NCBI GenBank assembly: GCA_051531975.1
Contig: JAOPTT010000013.1
Span: 32,001-96,000 of the forward strand
Direction of reading: 5' to 3'
From: Spirochaetaceae bacterium
GTDB lineage: Bacteria > Spirochaetota > Spirochaetia > DSM-2461
DNA: 64,000 bases
Part shown: piece after piece, positions 20,627 through 29,552 of the stretch
How positions within the stretch are numbered: the stretch's first letter is position 1
Layout of the letters: each line of letters begins with the position of its first letter
Made by a program: the position numbers and the translations under genes
The notes under the pieces: model-generated
Databases searched by the model: none
Told to the model about the DNA's origin: nothing
What the model saw: only the letters and a program-made list of their open reading frames with translations

Positions 20627-21829
20627 TCAGGGAAAAACTAAAGATAATTTACTTCCATTTTTTACTTCATCTATAATCACAGAACCATTATGTACAAACA
20701 TTATTTGCCTAACCAAACTAAGACCAAGACCTGAACCATCTGTTTTAGTTGTGTAGAATGGTAAAAATGCCTTTGACATAGACTCTTTTGATAAACCTAC
20801 TCCATCATCTGAAACAACCACAAAGGTTTCATCACCTTCAAAATATGAGCTGATTTGTATAATGTTAGACTTAGCCTCTACACTGTTTTTTATTAGGTTT
20901 ATTATAACATTTTCAAATAGCATAGGATCTACATAGAGTTTTAACTGTTCATCATCAATTTTAATATTCAATTTGATGTCATACTCTTTTAGGTATGGAA
21001 CCATTAAAGTTGAGATTTTATCCAATAGCTCTTTTAAAACTATTAGTTCCTGTTTAGGAGTTGGTATTTGGGATATTGACCGATAATTTTTAACAAATTT
21101 TAATAGGTTTCTACTTCTGTTTTCGATAACCTGTAACGCCTCAATAAGGTCTGGATTGCTAGAATCATCAGTCAAAGTCAAAGCAGAATTCGCTAGGGAA
21201 GAGATTGGAGTTATAGAGTTCATTATTTCATGGTTTAAGGTCCTAATTAACTCATTCCATGAATCCATTTCCTTGTTATCTAATGCTTGTTTAATATTCT
21301 GAAACGATAATATTGTTAACCTTTTTTGATCTAATAAAAATTCACAACTATCACTATGCATTGAAGATGAAATTTCTAGTTTATCTAAGATATTTTTCCC
21401 AATACTGTTTAGATAATTCACAGACAATAAACGTCTTGCAGCCTTATTGATTAAAAAGACTTCACCATCATCATAATATACAATAATTCCAATCTTTATC
21501 TGATGAAGAATAACATCAAGTAACTCACTGTTTTTCTCTGCTAATATATTAGAGGTTTTAGATTGGGATATAAGATTATCAAAAACCATTTTAAGTTTTG
21601 AATAAAATGCACTATTTTTTACTTCAGAATGAACCTCTTCATTCTCAATTAAGGATTCTAAAAAAGATATAATTTTATCCTGGGATCGTCTGTTTTTAAA
21701 ATGAAGTTCAACTATTTGTAAAAGTAAAACAATACTTAAAACAGATGGGGTAATAATTAAATTTTTCCCAATAAACAGAACTGTGATAATTATGGAGTTT
21801 AAAATTATAAATAGGGCTCTACAGATCAT
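20627..21829 (-). CDS. NtrB/NtrY-like sensor histidine kinase
   Basis: LNHEIMNSITPI, NLIKNS, DDGVG and FYTTKTDGSGLGL motifs. Confidence 0.9.
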   Translation of the reverse strand: MICRALFIILNSIIITVLFIGKNLIITPSVLSIVLLLQIVELHFKNRRSQDKIISFLESLIENEEVHSEVKNSAFYSKLKMVFDNLISQSKTSNILAEKNSELLDVILHQIKIGIIVYYDDGEVFLINKAARRLLSVNYLNSIGKNILDKLEISSSMHSDSCEFLLDQKRLTILSFQNIKQALDNKEMDSWNELIRTLNHEIMNSITPISSLANSALTLTDDSSNPDLIEALQVIENRSRNLLKFVKNYRSISQIPTPKQELIVLKELLDKISTLMVPYLKEYDIKLNIKIDDEQLKLYVDPMLFENVIINLIKNSVEAKSNIIQISSYFEGDETFVVVSDDGVGLSKESMSKAFLPFYTTKTDGSGLGLSLVRQIMFVHNGSVIIDEVKNGSKLSLVFP

Positions 21830-23156
21830 ATTTCTCTTTCTTTCTATAAAGTGTGGCCCTTGTAATCCCTAGGACCTCAGCAGCTTTTGTAAGGTTCCCG
21901 CCCGTACTATTTATAGCTTCTTCTATAGCCTTTTGTTCAATAGATTCTAAATTAAGTGATGAGGTCGAAACTACAGACATTCCACTATTTGGTGGGTCCA
22001 TCTGTAAAATATTAGTTTTTGACAGAATTACAGCTCTTTCAACATAGTTATTTAGCTCTCGAACATTCCCTGGCCACTCATAATCTATAAGTTTATTAAT
22101 AGTAGATTTAGAGAAACTTAGGTCTCCTCTTCCATATTTTTTACTATAACTTTCTAAAAAGTGGTTTAGTAGAATAGGAATATCGGTTTTTCTATCCCTT
22201 AGAGTTGGTAATTTAATCTCCACAGTATTTATTCTATAAAGTAGATCCTGCCTAAATTTATGTTCTGTCACAAGTAGTTGTAAGTTACTATTGGTTGCAC
22301 AGATTAACCTTGTATTAAAGCTACGTTTTCCCTCAGAGCCTAAAGGGATAACTTCTCTGGTTTCTAATACCCTTAAAAGTTTTGATTGCATTGCCATTGG
22401 AATATTTCCAATCTCATCCAAAAACAGAGTACCACCAGAGGCTGCCTCAATTCGACCTATACGGTTTTTATCAGCTCCGGTAAATGCACCTTTCTGATGT
22501 CCAAACATCTCACTTTCAAACAGTGTTTCTGGAATAGATCCCATATCTACACCTAAAAAGATTGAGTTAGAGTTTCTAGACTTTTTATGTATAGCCTTGG
22601 CAACCAGATCTTTACCAGTCCCATTCTCTCCAGTTATTAATATATTAGCTTCCGTATCAGAAACTCTGTTGATTAAATCAAAAAGCTCTAACATAACATC
22701 TGCTTCACCTATTATTTCTGGGAAAGCACTAGATACAAGCCTATTCTGAACCTCTACAAGTCGCTTATTCCTCTTTTCTAAGTTTAAATCTGCTGCTAAA
22801 AATAGAGTAGATAACAGTTTCTGGTTTTCCCAGGGTTTTAAGATAAAATCAGTTGCTCCTAGTTTCATTCCCTGTACAGCAAGTTCTATATCTCCGTAGG
22901 CTGTAATAAGTATAACAACAGCCAATGGATCAATATCTAAAATAACCTTTAACCATTTAAATCCCTCCTCTCCATGGGTAGCACCCTCAGAGAAGTTCAT
23001 ATCCAGTAATATAACGTTATATTCATTTTTTCTTAATAACAGAGGTAGTTGTTTTGGATTACATTCAGTTGTAACATTAAAATCCTTAGAGAGTAGTATT
23101 CTAATAGCTGTCAAAATATCTTTGTTATCGTCTATTATTAAAATATTAGGTTTCAT
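21819..23156 (-). CDS. Sigma54-dependent response regulator (NtrC family)
   Basis: REC domain, GENGTGKD, GAFTGA, LFLDEIG, WPGNVREL and a Fis-type helix-turn-helix. Confidence 0.95.
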   Translation of the reverse strand: MKPNILIIDDNKDILTAIRILLSKDFNVTTECNPKQLPLLLRKNEYNVILLDMNFSEGATHGEEGFKWLKVILDIDPLAVVILITAYGDIELAVQGMKLGATDFILKPWENQKLLSTLFLAADLNLEKRNKRLVEVQNRLVSSAFPEIIGEADVMLELFDLINRVSDTEANILITGENGTGKDLVAKAIHKKSRNSNSIFLGVDMGSIPETLFESEMFGHQKGAFTGADKNRIGRIEAASGGTLFLDEIGNIPMAMQSKLLRVLETREVIPLGSEGKRSFNTRLICATNSNLQLLVTEHKFRQDLLYRINTVEIKLPTLRDRKTDIPILLNHFLESYSKKYGRGDLSFSKSTINKLIDYEWPGNVRELNNYVERAVILSKTNILQMDPPNSGMSVVSTSSLNLESIEQKAIEEAINSTGGNLTKAAEVLGITRATLYRKKEKYDL

Positions 23157-23175
23157 ATCCTTATTTTAAACCATC

Positions 23176-25539
23176 CTACTCATAACGCAAAGCATTTGAA
23201 GGATTTGATGTAGCCGACTTAAATACCATTATAAAAGTGAGTATAATTCCTACTAAAATAATAACTAGCCCAGATAGAATAGATATTTGATACAAGCTAT
23301 GTATCTTGAATGGATAACCCATCTCTTTTAGACCAAAGCTAATTAAATATGCCCCAAATGGAATTCCAAAGCCAACTCCAATAATGACATACTTTACTAA
23401 ATCTCCTACAAACTGCTTAACAACAGATATTACATCAGCACCTAATACCTTTCTTATGCCTATCTCCTTATTTTTTTGTTTAACACTATGTAAAATGAGA
23501 CCAATTAGTCCTAACCCAGATATAAACACGGTTATTATCATTGTTAGATTCATAACTTTTTTTAATGTTACAACAATATCAAGGTTATTTTCTTCTTCGA
23601 TACTCATAACATGAAGATCTGTTACTTTGTCTGGATAATTTTTATTCCATACCTTCTTTATCTCTTTAAGGTTAGGTTCACCACTGAACTTTATTATCTG
23701 AAAATAAAAGTTATCTTCACTAATAATGTGAAATTTAGGGCTCTCTCCTACCAAAGCATGATTTAAAAAATAGTCTTTAATTATTGCTCCAACTGTATAA
23801 CTGTTTTCTCCAAAACCAATAATGTCTCCAACATTGATATCCCTATAGCTCTTAACACTTTCCATAACAACTACAGTTCCAATTTTTATCACTCCTTCTT
23901 TAGGAATAATACCAATTGTATTGAAATAATCAGAATCTACATTTATAGATAATTCTTGGAATAAAACTTCATTGTCATCTTTATATATATTTTCCTCAGT
24001 AGGTCCACCACTATATGGAAAAAATGTAGTATAAGTTACATCAACTATTCCAGGTATGTCTTTTATCTCATTTTTAAGGTTTTGTATTTTATCGATAGGT
24101 TCAACATCAAAGTTTAAACCAGGGAAAGCATAGATTAAGTTAGTGGAGTTAAATCCAACATCTAACTTTCCTAATAGATTCAATTCATTATTCATAACTA
24201 AGCAGCATATCAATATTACTGATGAGATAAAAAACTGACTAATTACTAAGACCTTTTTTGACTTTCCTAGTTTCAATAAACTCTTACCTTTTAGACTCTC
24301 AACAACTTTTAGGTTAGAGAGATAAAACGCTGGGTAAAGACCTGTAATGACCCCTATTATTAGCGTTAATAAACAGATATAAACAATGAATATTGGACTG
24401 AAATCTAAAGTTAAATCTATAAATACAAGCCTTGAGAATGCCGGTAGAAACAGTTCAGCTATTACTAGGGCTAAAAGTAAGGATATAAAAGTTAATATTA
24501 CTGATTCTGTTAAAAACTGAAACACTAAATCCTTTTTACTACTGCCCATAACAACTCTAACACCAACTTCTTTAGTCCTATTTATTGAACTAGCAGTTAA
24601 AATAGAGACACTATTTATTACAGAAGAGACTAAAAGTGTAAAAGCCAATATAATTAACAGTATTAAAATATACCTAGGGTTAGTAGCGTCATCGGCCAGA
24701 GCTTTTGACTTTAAATGTATATCTTCAAAGTCTTCTAGGAAAATCTCTTCAGATAAATACCTATCATCTGTAGGGACTTCTTTTATAATATTGTTTAATT
24801 CATGAATAAGAGTATCACTATCATAATCTTGCTCAACACTTATATAAACAATATCTCGATTAGGCTCATCAGCTCTAAACATATTCTCACCTAATTCTTT
24901 ATATACAAGATCTGCAATAATATTTTCGGAGATAAAAGCTGTAATAAATTCATGTTTAAAATGACTATTTTTTGGAATATCTACAACTCCAGTTATTGTC
25001 AAATTATAAACTTGACCCATTTTTATTGTTATATTTTGTCCTAAAGCATCCCCTTTAGGATAATATTTTTCTGCAAACTCTTTATCTAAAACGATATAGT
25101 TTTGTTCTGACTGCATAGATTCTCTATTACCGGAAATAACTTCAAATGGAATAACATTAAAGAAGTTATCAGATAAAGAAATGACTTCTTCATTATATAA
25201 TTCTCCGTTTATAAGTAGAGTTAAATAATTAATTCCAGAGTAAGTAGCAACATCTTTCACAAAATCGATTTTCTCTTTAAAAAGCTTAGCTGTGTAATTA
25301 TTTACTGACCTACCACCTGAATATGTAACTTCCTGGTATATATCCACTTTTCTGCTGAGAACTCTTTTTATTCCACTATTCTCTGGTAAAAAGCCATCGT
25401 AACTTAGCTGATAATCTATATAAACATATAAAATAAGTGATGAAGCGATACCTAAAGCCAGTCCTAAAATAGCGATCAAAGAGGATGTTTTCTGTTTAGA
25501 AATAGATCTTAAGGCTATGATTATATAGTTTTTAAACAC
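23176..25539 (-). CDS. MacB/FtsX-family ABC permease (duplicated type)
   Basis: KEVGVR..G and KEIGIRKVLGA motifs; ends ALRYE. Confidence 0.9.
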   Translation of the reverse strand: MFKNYIIIALRSISKQKTSSLIAILGLALGIASSLILYVYIDYQLSYDGFLPENSGIKRVLSRKVDIYQEVTYSGGRSVNNYTAKLFKEKIDFVKDVATYSGINYLTLLINGELYNEEVISLSDNFFNVIPFEVISGNRESMQSEQNYIVLDKEFAEKYYPKGDALGQNITIKMGQVYNLTITGVVDIPKNSHFKHEFITAFISENIIADLVYKELGENMFRADEPNRDIVYISVEQDYDSDTLIHELNNIIKEVPTDDRYLSEEIFLEDFEDIHLKSKALADDATNPRYILILLIILAFTLLVSSVINSVSILTASSINRTKEVGVRVVMGSSKKDLVFQFLTESVILTFISLLLALVIAELFLPAFSRLVFIDLTLDFSPIFIVYICLLTLIIGVITGLYPAFYLSNLKVVESLKGKSLLKLGKSKKVLVISQFFISSVILICCLVMNNELNLLGKLDVGFNSTNLIYAFPGLNFDVEPIDKIQNLKNEIKDIPGIVDVTYTTFFPYSGGPTEENIYKDDNEVLFQELSINVDSDYFNTIGIIPKEGVIKIGTVVVMESVKSYRDINVGDIIGFGENSYTVGAIIKDYFLNHALVGESPKFHIISEDNFYFQIIKFSGEPNLKEIKKVWNKNYPDKVTDLHVMSIEEENNLDIVVTLKKVMNLTMIITVFISGLGLIGLILHSVKQKNKEIGIRKVLGADVISVVKQFVGDLVKYVIIGVGFGIPFGAYLISFGLKEMGYPFKIHSLYQISILSGLVIILVGIILTFIMVFKSATSNPSNALRYE

Positions 25540-26221
25540 TTATAGCCTCTTTTACAGACTCTGATATAACTTTTCCATCATATAACCTGATTTTTCTATC
25601 AGCATACTCTGCAAATTTAGGGGAGTGAGTAACCATAATAATTGTTGCACCTGCTTTATGTAGTTGGACTAAATGACTCATTACAACTTTACCCCGTTTG
25701 GAATCTAAATTACCTGTAGGTTCGTCGGCTAATATTAGTTTTGGATTTGAAATTACTGCCCTTGCAACAGCTACTCTCTGCTGCTGCCCCCCAGATAACT
25801 GCTGTGGAAAGTGTTTTTTTCTATTGCTTATACCAAACCTGTCCATAATCTTTTCAACTCTAACTCTTCTCTCTTTTTTATTTACTTTCATATATATCAG
25901 AGGAAGCTCAATATTTTCGTAGACTGTTAGTTCTTCTATTAAATTAAAGCTCTGGAATATAAACCCTATAAGCCCCTTTCTTTTTTCAACTCTAGAACCC
26001 TCTTTTAAACCTACAACTTCAGCCTCATTTAACTTATAACTTCCAAATGTTGGGCTATCTAATAATCCTATAATGTTTAATAGAGTAGATTTCCCACAAC
26101 CAGAAGGGCCCATAATAGAGACAAACTCACCTTTTTTAACTTCTAAGTTAAGGTTATTTAGTACTGTGCTCTCTATTTCATCTGTTTTAAATACTTTTGT
26201 TAATCCCTCAATTTTAATCAT
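25532..26221 (-). CDS. ABC transporter ATP-binding protein (MacB/LolD type)
   Basis: GPSGCGKS, LSGGQQQ, ADEPTGNLD and VTH motifs. Confidence 0.95.
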   Translation of the reverse strand: MIKIEGLTKVFKTDEIESTVLNNLNLEVKKGEFVSIMGPSGCGKSTLLNIIGLLDSPTFGSYKLNEAEVVGLKEGSRVEKRKGLIGFIFQSFNLIEELTVYENIELPLIYMKVNKKERRVRVEKIMDRFGISNRKKHFPQQLSGGQQQRVAVARAVISNPKLILADEPTGNLDSKRGKVVMSHLVQLHKAGATIIMVTHSPKFAEYADRKIRLYDGKVISESVKEAISV

Positions 26222-26244
26222 CTTCTACTCCTCTATAAATATAG

Positions 26245-26261
26245 GGCAAAACATGTGCCAA
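26245..26261 (-). promoter_or_regulatory. Sigma54 -24/-12 promoter
   Basis: Minus strand reads TTGGCACATGTTTTGCC (TGGCAC-N5-TTGC). Confidence 0.85.
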
Positions 26262-26303
26262 CTGTCTATAAGTAGCTTAGAGGTTACCTAGGAATATTAT
26301 AGA

Positions 26304-26358
26304 TGTATAAAAACAATACAGTTGTTCTATTATAATACAGTTGTTCTATTATAATACA
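26304..26358. promoter_or_regulatory. Three tandem TGT-N11-ACA enhancer-like sites; includes an exact 19-bp tandem duplication
   Basis: Sites at 26304, 26323 and 26342 (19-bp period); AATACAGTTGTTCTATTAT occurs twice. Confidence 0.75.
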
Positions 26359-26366
26359 CTTGAATG

Positions 26367-27305
26367 TTATCTGTTTTTAATAAAGATAGATTGGACATCA
26401 CCTACAATTTCTAGTCCACCAGCTTTTGTAGTGCCACTAAAAATAAGGATTGATTTTTTATAAAATTTTATATCTATATTTGAGTTAACAGATTCTTTTA
26501 TTAATCTATTCATTGAGCCTTTAACTGGTGCTTTTAATATACCACTATTAACCTGTTTAGTTTTTATCTTTAACCGATAATCTCTTTTTTTAAACTCTAT
26601 TTCGAGATATTCACCTACCGATATATCTAAAACTTTACTTCCATTATATGTTGAAAAATAATGAGTTTTATCATCAACGTGTATAAACCCTAGAAACCCA
26701 GGGAAATACGAACCTAACCAAGGAATATGAGCTAAACTCATCATTATAGATATTTGCTTCTCTTTAAAGGAATTTCCTTGTAGCCATATCCACTCTTTGG
26801 GAAATCCACTGCCATAATCTTTTTCAATATATCCCTTACCATTATTATATGAGGTTACTTTATCTAATATTTTTATTTCACCATCGACCCTACTATTTAT
26901 TAAACCTACACCATGATAACACTGCATAAAAGGAATGAAAGAGAATGGACCCATTATATTAGGCCAAATCCCATTATACTTTACTTGATTACTAAATTTT
27001 ATATTACAAGTTATATTAGGTAGATTTAGTATAATATTATCTAGAGAGAACAGGTTATCTTTTATGATTATCTTCAGAGTGGAACCACTAATAAAATTAA
27101 TATCATCTAGGTCAAATTTATAATACTCAGTAAATCCACAATTATCATTTATCTGTATAAAACTATGTGGATCCTGAATTTCTTTTGATATTCCTGGAAT
27201 TACTGCAAAGACCTTATCTCCAGATTCATTGGCAACTTTAAAGTACCAACCTTCAAAGTAGTTGTTTTTTCTATTTTTACCTTGGTATAAAATTGGATTA
27301 TTCAT
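26367..27305 (-). CDS. Tocopherol cyclase family protein
   Basis: YFEGWYFK, MGPF..IPFMQCYH and GYIEKDYG..FPKEWIWLQGN motifs. Confidence 0.85.
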   Translation of the reverse strand: MNNPILYQGKNRKNNYFEGWYFKVANESGDKVFAVIPGISKEIQDPHSFIQINDNCGFTEYYKFDLDDINFISGSTLKIIIKDNLFSLDNIILNLPNITCNIKFSNQVKYNGIWPNIMGPFSFIPFMQCYHGVGLINSRVDGEIKILDKVTSYNNGKGYIEKDYGSGFPKEWIWLQGNSFKEKQISIMMSLAHIPWLGSYFPGFLGFIHVDDKTHYFSTYNGSKVLDISVGEYLEIEFKKRDYRLKIKTKQVNSGILKAPVKGSMNRLIKESVNSNIDIKFYKKSILIFSGTTKAGGLEIVGDVQSIFIKNR

Positions 27306-27355
27306 ATTACAAATTATACTATATTAAAAAAATAAAAGTAAATTAAATGGATATT

Positions 27356-28582
27356 TCACTCTTCTAAATTAACTACTTCATACTCACTAAATTTTTTATA
27401 GCTAGAAATTATTACCTGATCACCTAATTCTAAACCTGTAAGAACTTCGTTATATTCACTGTTTTTTATACCTAAAGTTATAGGTACTTTAATAGCTTTA
27501 CTGTTTTCAACTTTATAAATCCAGTTACCACCACTCTCTTTAATAAAGCCACCTGATTCTATTACTTTTTTTATTTCTGGAGTGCTCTGTATTATTTTAA
27601 TATTAAAACTCTGACCACTTTTAATATTCTCTGGAATCTTATGAACAAAGTTAAACTCTAACTTTACTTTTTTACCAGCAACAACTGGGGATATAAAATT
27701 AAGTTTTAATTTTGTATTATTAAATGTAGCTATATCCCCAATATTTAAGCCAGAAATATAAAACTCATCAATATTTGAAGTTAGTTTAAATCCATCCTGT
27801 CTATCAATTTCTGCAAGCTTTTGTCTGCTACTTATATTTTGTCCAATGTCAAAGTTTTCAAGATTTAAGATTCCAGAGTATGGAGCTATAATAACTAAAC
27901 GAGATCGCTGTATATTTAAATTATTTATTCTATTATTAATTGAGTTTATTTCTAAAGTTATATACTGCTCTGTAGATTCCTGGAGTTTAGAGACTCTCTT
28001 CCATTTCTCAGTTGTTAATACCTTTTTTTGTAACCAGTAGTTATATTCATTTTTAATATCATCTAATGTCTTTTCTGAGATTCTGCCTGACTTTAATAAT
28101 AGAGTATTTTTATCAACACTGCTTTCTAAAAGTGCTATTTTATAATCCAGCTCTAATAGAAGTTCAGAATTATCCACATCTTTAGTATCAAACTCATTTT
28201 TTGATATTTTTAATTGTTGTTTTTGCTTCTCTAATAATTCTAATAATAGATAATGTTCAATTTCCAACTCTTCGTTTGAAAGTCTTAATATTGGTTTATC
28301 TTTTATTATATTGTTACCTGAAATGCCAATTATTTCTGTAACAAGACCACCTATCTTTGATTCTATTAAAACCTTATTAAGTGATTCTACGGTTCCCACA
28401 GCCATAATAGATTTAGAGATTTTTTTCTCTGATACAAAACTTGTCATTAGTTCTGATTTTTTTATGTTGTAAGTTGGTTGATAGTTACCTATAAGGAATT
28501 TAAGAACAATAAGTAAGATTAATAAAACAGCTGCAGTGACTATGATCTTTTTATTAACTGTTTTTTTAATTATTTTATCCAC
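27356..28582 (-). CDS. Efflux periplasmic adaptor subunit (HlyD/MacA-like)
   Basis: N-terminal TM, coiled coil, IIAPYSG, IDEFYI and GLELGDQVI motifs. Start moved to GTG 28582: AGGGG upstream, and downstream of the sigma54 promoter. Confidence 0.88.
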   Translation of the reverse strand: MDKIIKKTVNKKIIVTAAVLLILLIVLKFLIGNYQPTYNIKKSELMTSFVSEKKISKSIMAVGTVESLNKVLIESKIGGLVTEIIGISGNNIIKDKPILRLSNEELEIEHYLLLELLEKQKQQLKISKNEFDTKDVDNSELLLELDYKIALLESSVDKNTLLLKSGRISEKTLDDIKNEYNYWLQKKVLTTEKWKRVSKLQESTEQYITLEINSINNRINNLNIQRSRLVIIAPYSGILNLENFDIGQNISSRQKLAEIDRQDGFKLTSNIDEFYISGLNIGDIATFNNTKLKLNFISPVVAGKKVKLEFNFVHKIPENIKSGQSFNIKIIQSTPEIKKVIESGGFIKESGGNWIYKVENSKAIKVPITLGIKNSEYNEVLTGLELGDQVIISSYKKFSEYEVVNLEE

Positions 28583-28606
28583 ACGTTTACCCCTATGCAA
28601 ATATAG

Positions 28607-28623
28607 TGCAAAGGTCGTGCCAA
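28607..28623 (-). promoter_or_regulatory. Sigma54 -24/-12 promoter
   Basis: Minus strand reads TTGGCACGACCTTTGCA, matching the consensus. Confidence 0.9.
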
Positions 28624-28665
28624 ATAGATATAATTTGGCTCTAGAGTACTTAAAACTATTATAAC

Positions 28666-28701
28666 CGTATAAAAATCATACATATGTACTGTTTTAATAC
28701 A
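28666..28701. promoter_or_regulatory. Two tandem enhancer-like sites
   Basis: CGTATAAAAATCATACA and TGTACTGTTTTAATACA, 19-bp period. Confidence 0.75.
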
Positions 28702-28803
28702 GTTTGACTTCGATGGTAACCCAAAAGTTTAAATAGTATTTCTCTATTTGAATATCCTCATCAATAGCTGGATATAATCTGAGGTTAGACTATACTTATC
28801 AGT

Positions 28804-29502
28804 ATGCTCATTTGTAAATATTGCAATAAAAACATTAGTAGTGGAAGCTATATAAAGGACTTTTGGGGTAACGTATACCATGCAGAACATAAAAAAGTTG
28901 TAGCTACTTGCAGTTATTGTGGCCGGTTGGATGGTGGTACAAAACTCTCTGATGGAAATGTTATTTGTAAAACATGTAAAAAAGACTCAATTGATAACCT
29001 GGGGCAGGTGGTTAAAGAGTATAAGTGGGTATCTGATATTTTGGCAAATAAAGGTTTTGATATAAAAAAATATAAAACAGAGATTTTTTTATTAGATCGA
29101 AAAAACAAGGGTAAAACTACTAGAGAAGAACCTGGATATATTAATTTCTCCATGAAAAAGGTAAATGGTGTAATACAGAATATTAGTTTCAAGATATTTA
29201 TAGTTAAGGGTTTACCAAGATCCTACTTTATAGAAACTTTAGCCCATGAGATGATACACCAATGGTTAATACTTTTTGCTCAAGATAAGTTACACCCAAA
29301 GTTAAACGAAGGGGCTAGTAATTATGGAGCATACCTTGTTTTAAATGTATTAAAAACTCCCTTATCTAGTTTTATCATTACTAGAATGCTTAAAGACCCA
29401 CACCCTTATTATGGGAAGGGTTTTAGAAAAGTTTTAGATTACTCTAAAAAGTATGGGCATAGTCAATTATTAACATATTTAAAGTCACACAATAAAATAT
29501 AA
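28804..29502 (+). CDS. DA1-like zinc metallopeptidase with LIM-like Zn-finger
   Basis: Three CxxC pairs plus HxxH; GLPR...LAHEMIHQWL, NEG and DP.PYYGKGFR motifs. Confidence 0.8.
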   Translation: MLICKYCNKNISSGSYIKDFWGNVYHAEHKKVVATCSYCGRLDGGTKLSDGNVICKTCKKDSIDNLGQVVKEYKWVSDILANKGFDIKKYKTEIFLLDRKNKGKTTREEPGYINFSMKKVNGVIQNISFKIFIVKGLPRSYFIETLAHEMIHQWLILFAQDKLHPKLNEGASNYGAYLVLNVLKTPLSSFIITRMLKDPHPYYGKGFRKVLDYSKKYGHSQLLTYLKSHNKI

Positions 29503-29530
29503 TATACAAGTTTTTGAGCTTGTATATTAT
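29499..29530. terminator. Hairpin between convergent genes
   Basis: ATAATATACAAG...CTTGTATATTAT inverted repeat. Confidence 0.6.
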
Positions 29531-29552
29531 ATGTAACCAATAATATCTATCC

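Noticed and set aside
26304..26358. CRISPR array
   Set aside because: Only about 2.3 contiguous 19-bp copies, with no spacers and no cas genes; better explained as enhancer sites
28583..28600. TTG start at 28600 for the adaptor gene
   Set aside because: It lies at or upstream of the predicted sigma54 transcription start; GTG 28582 has an SD-like sequence
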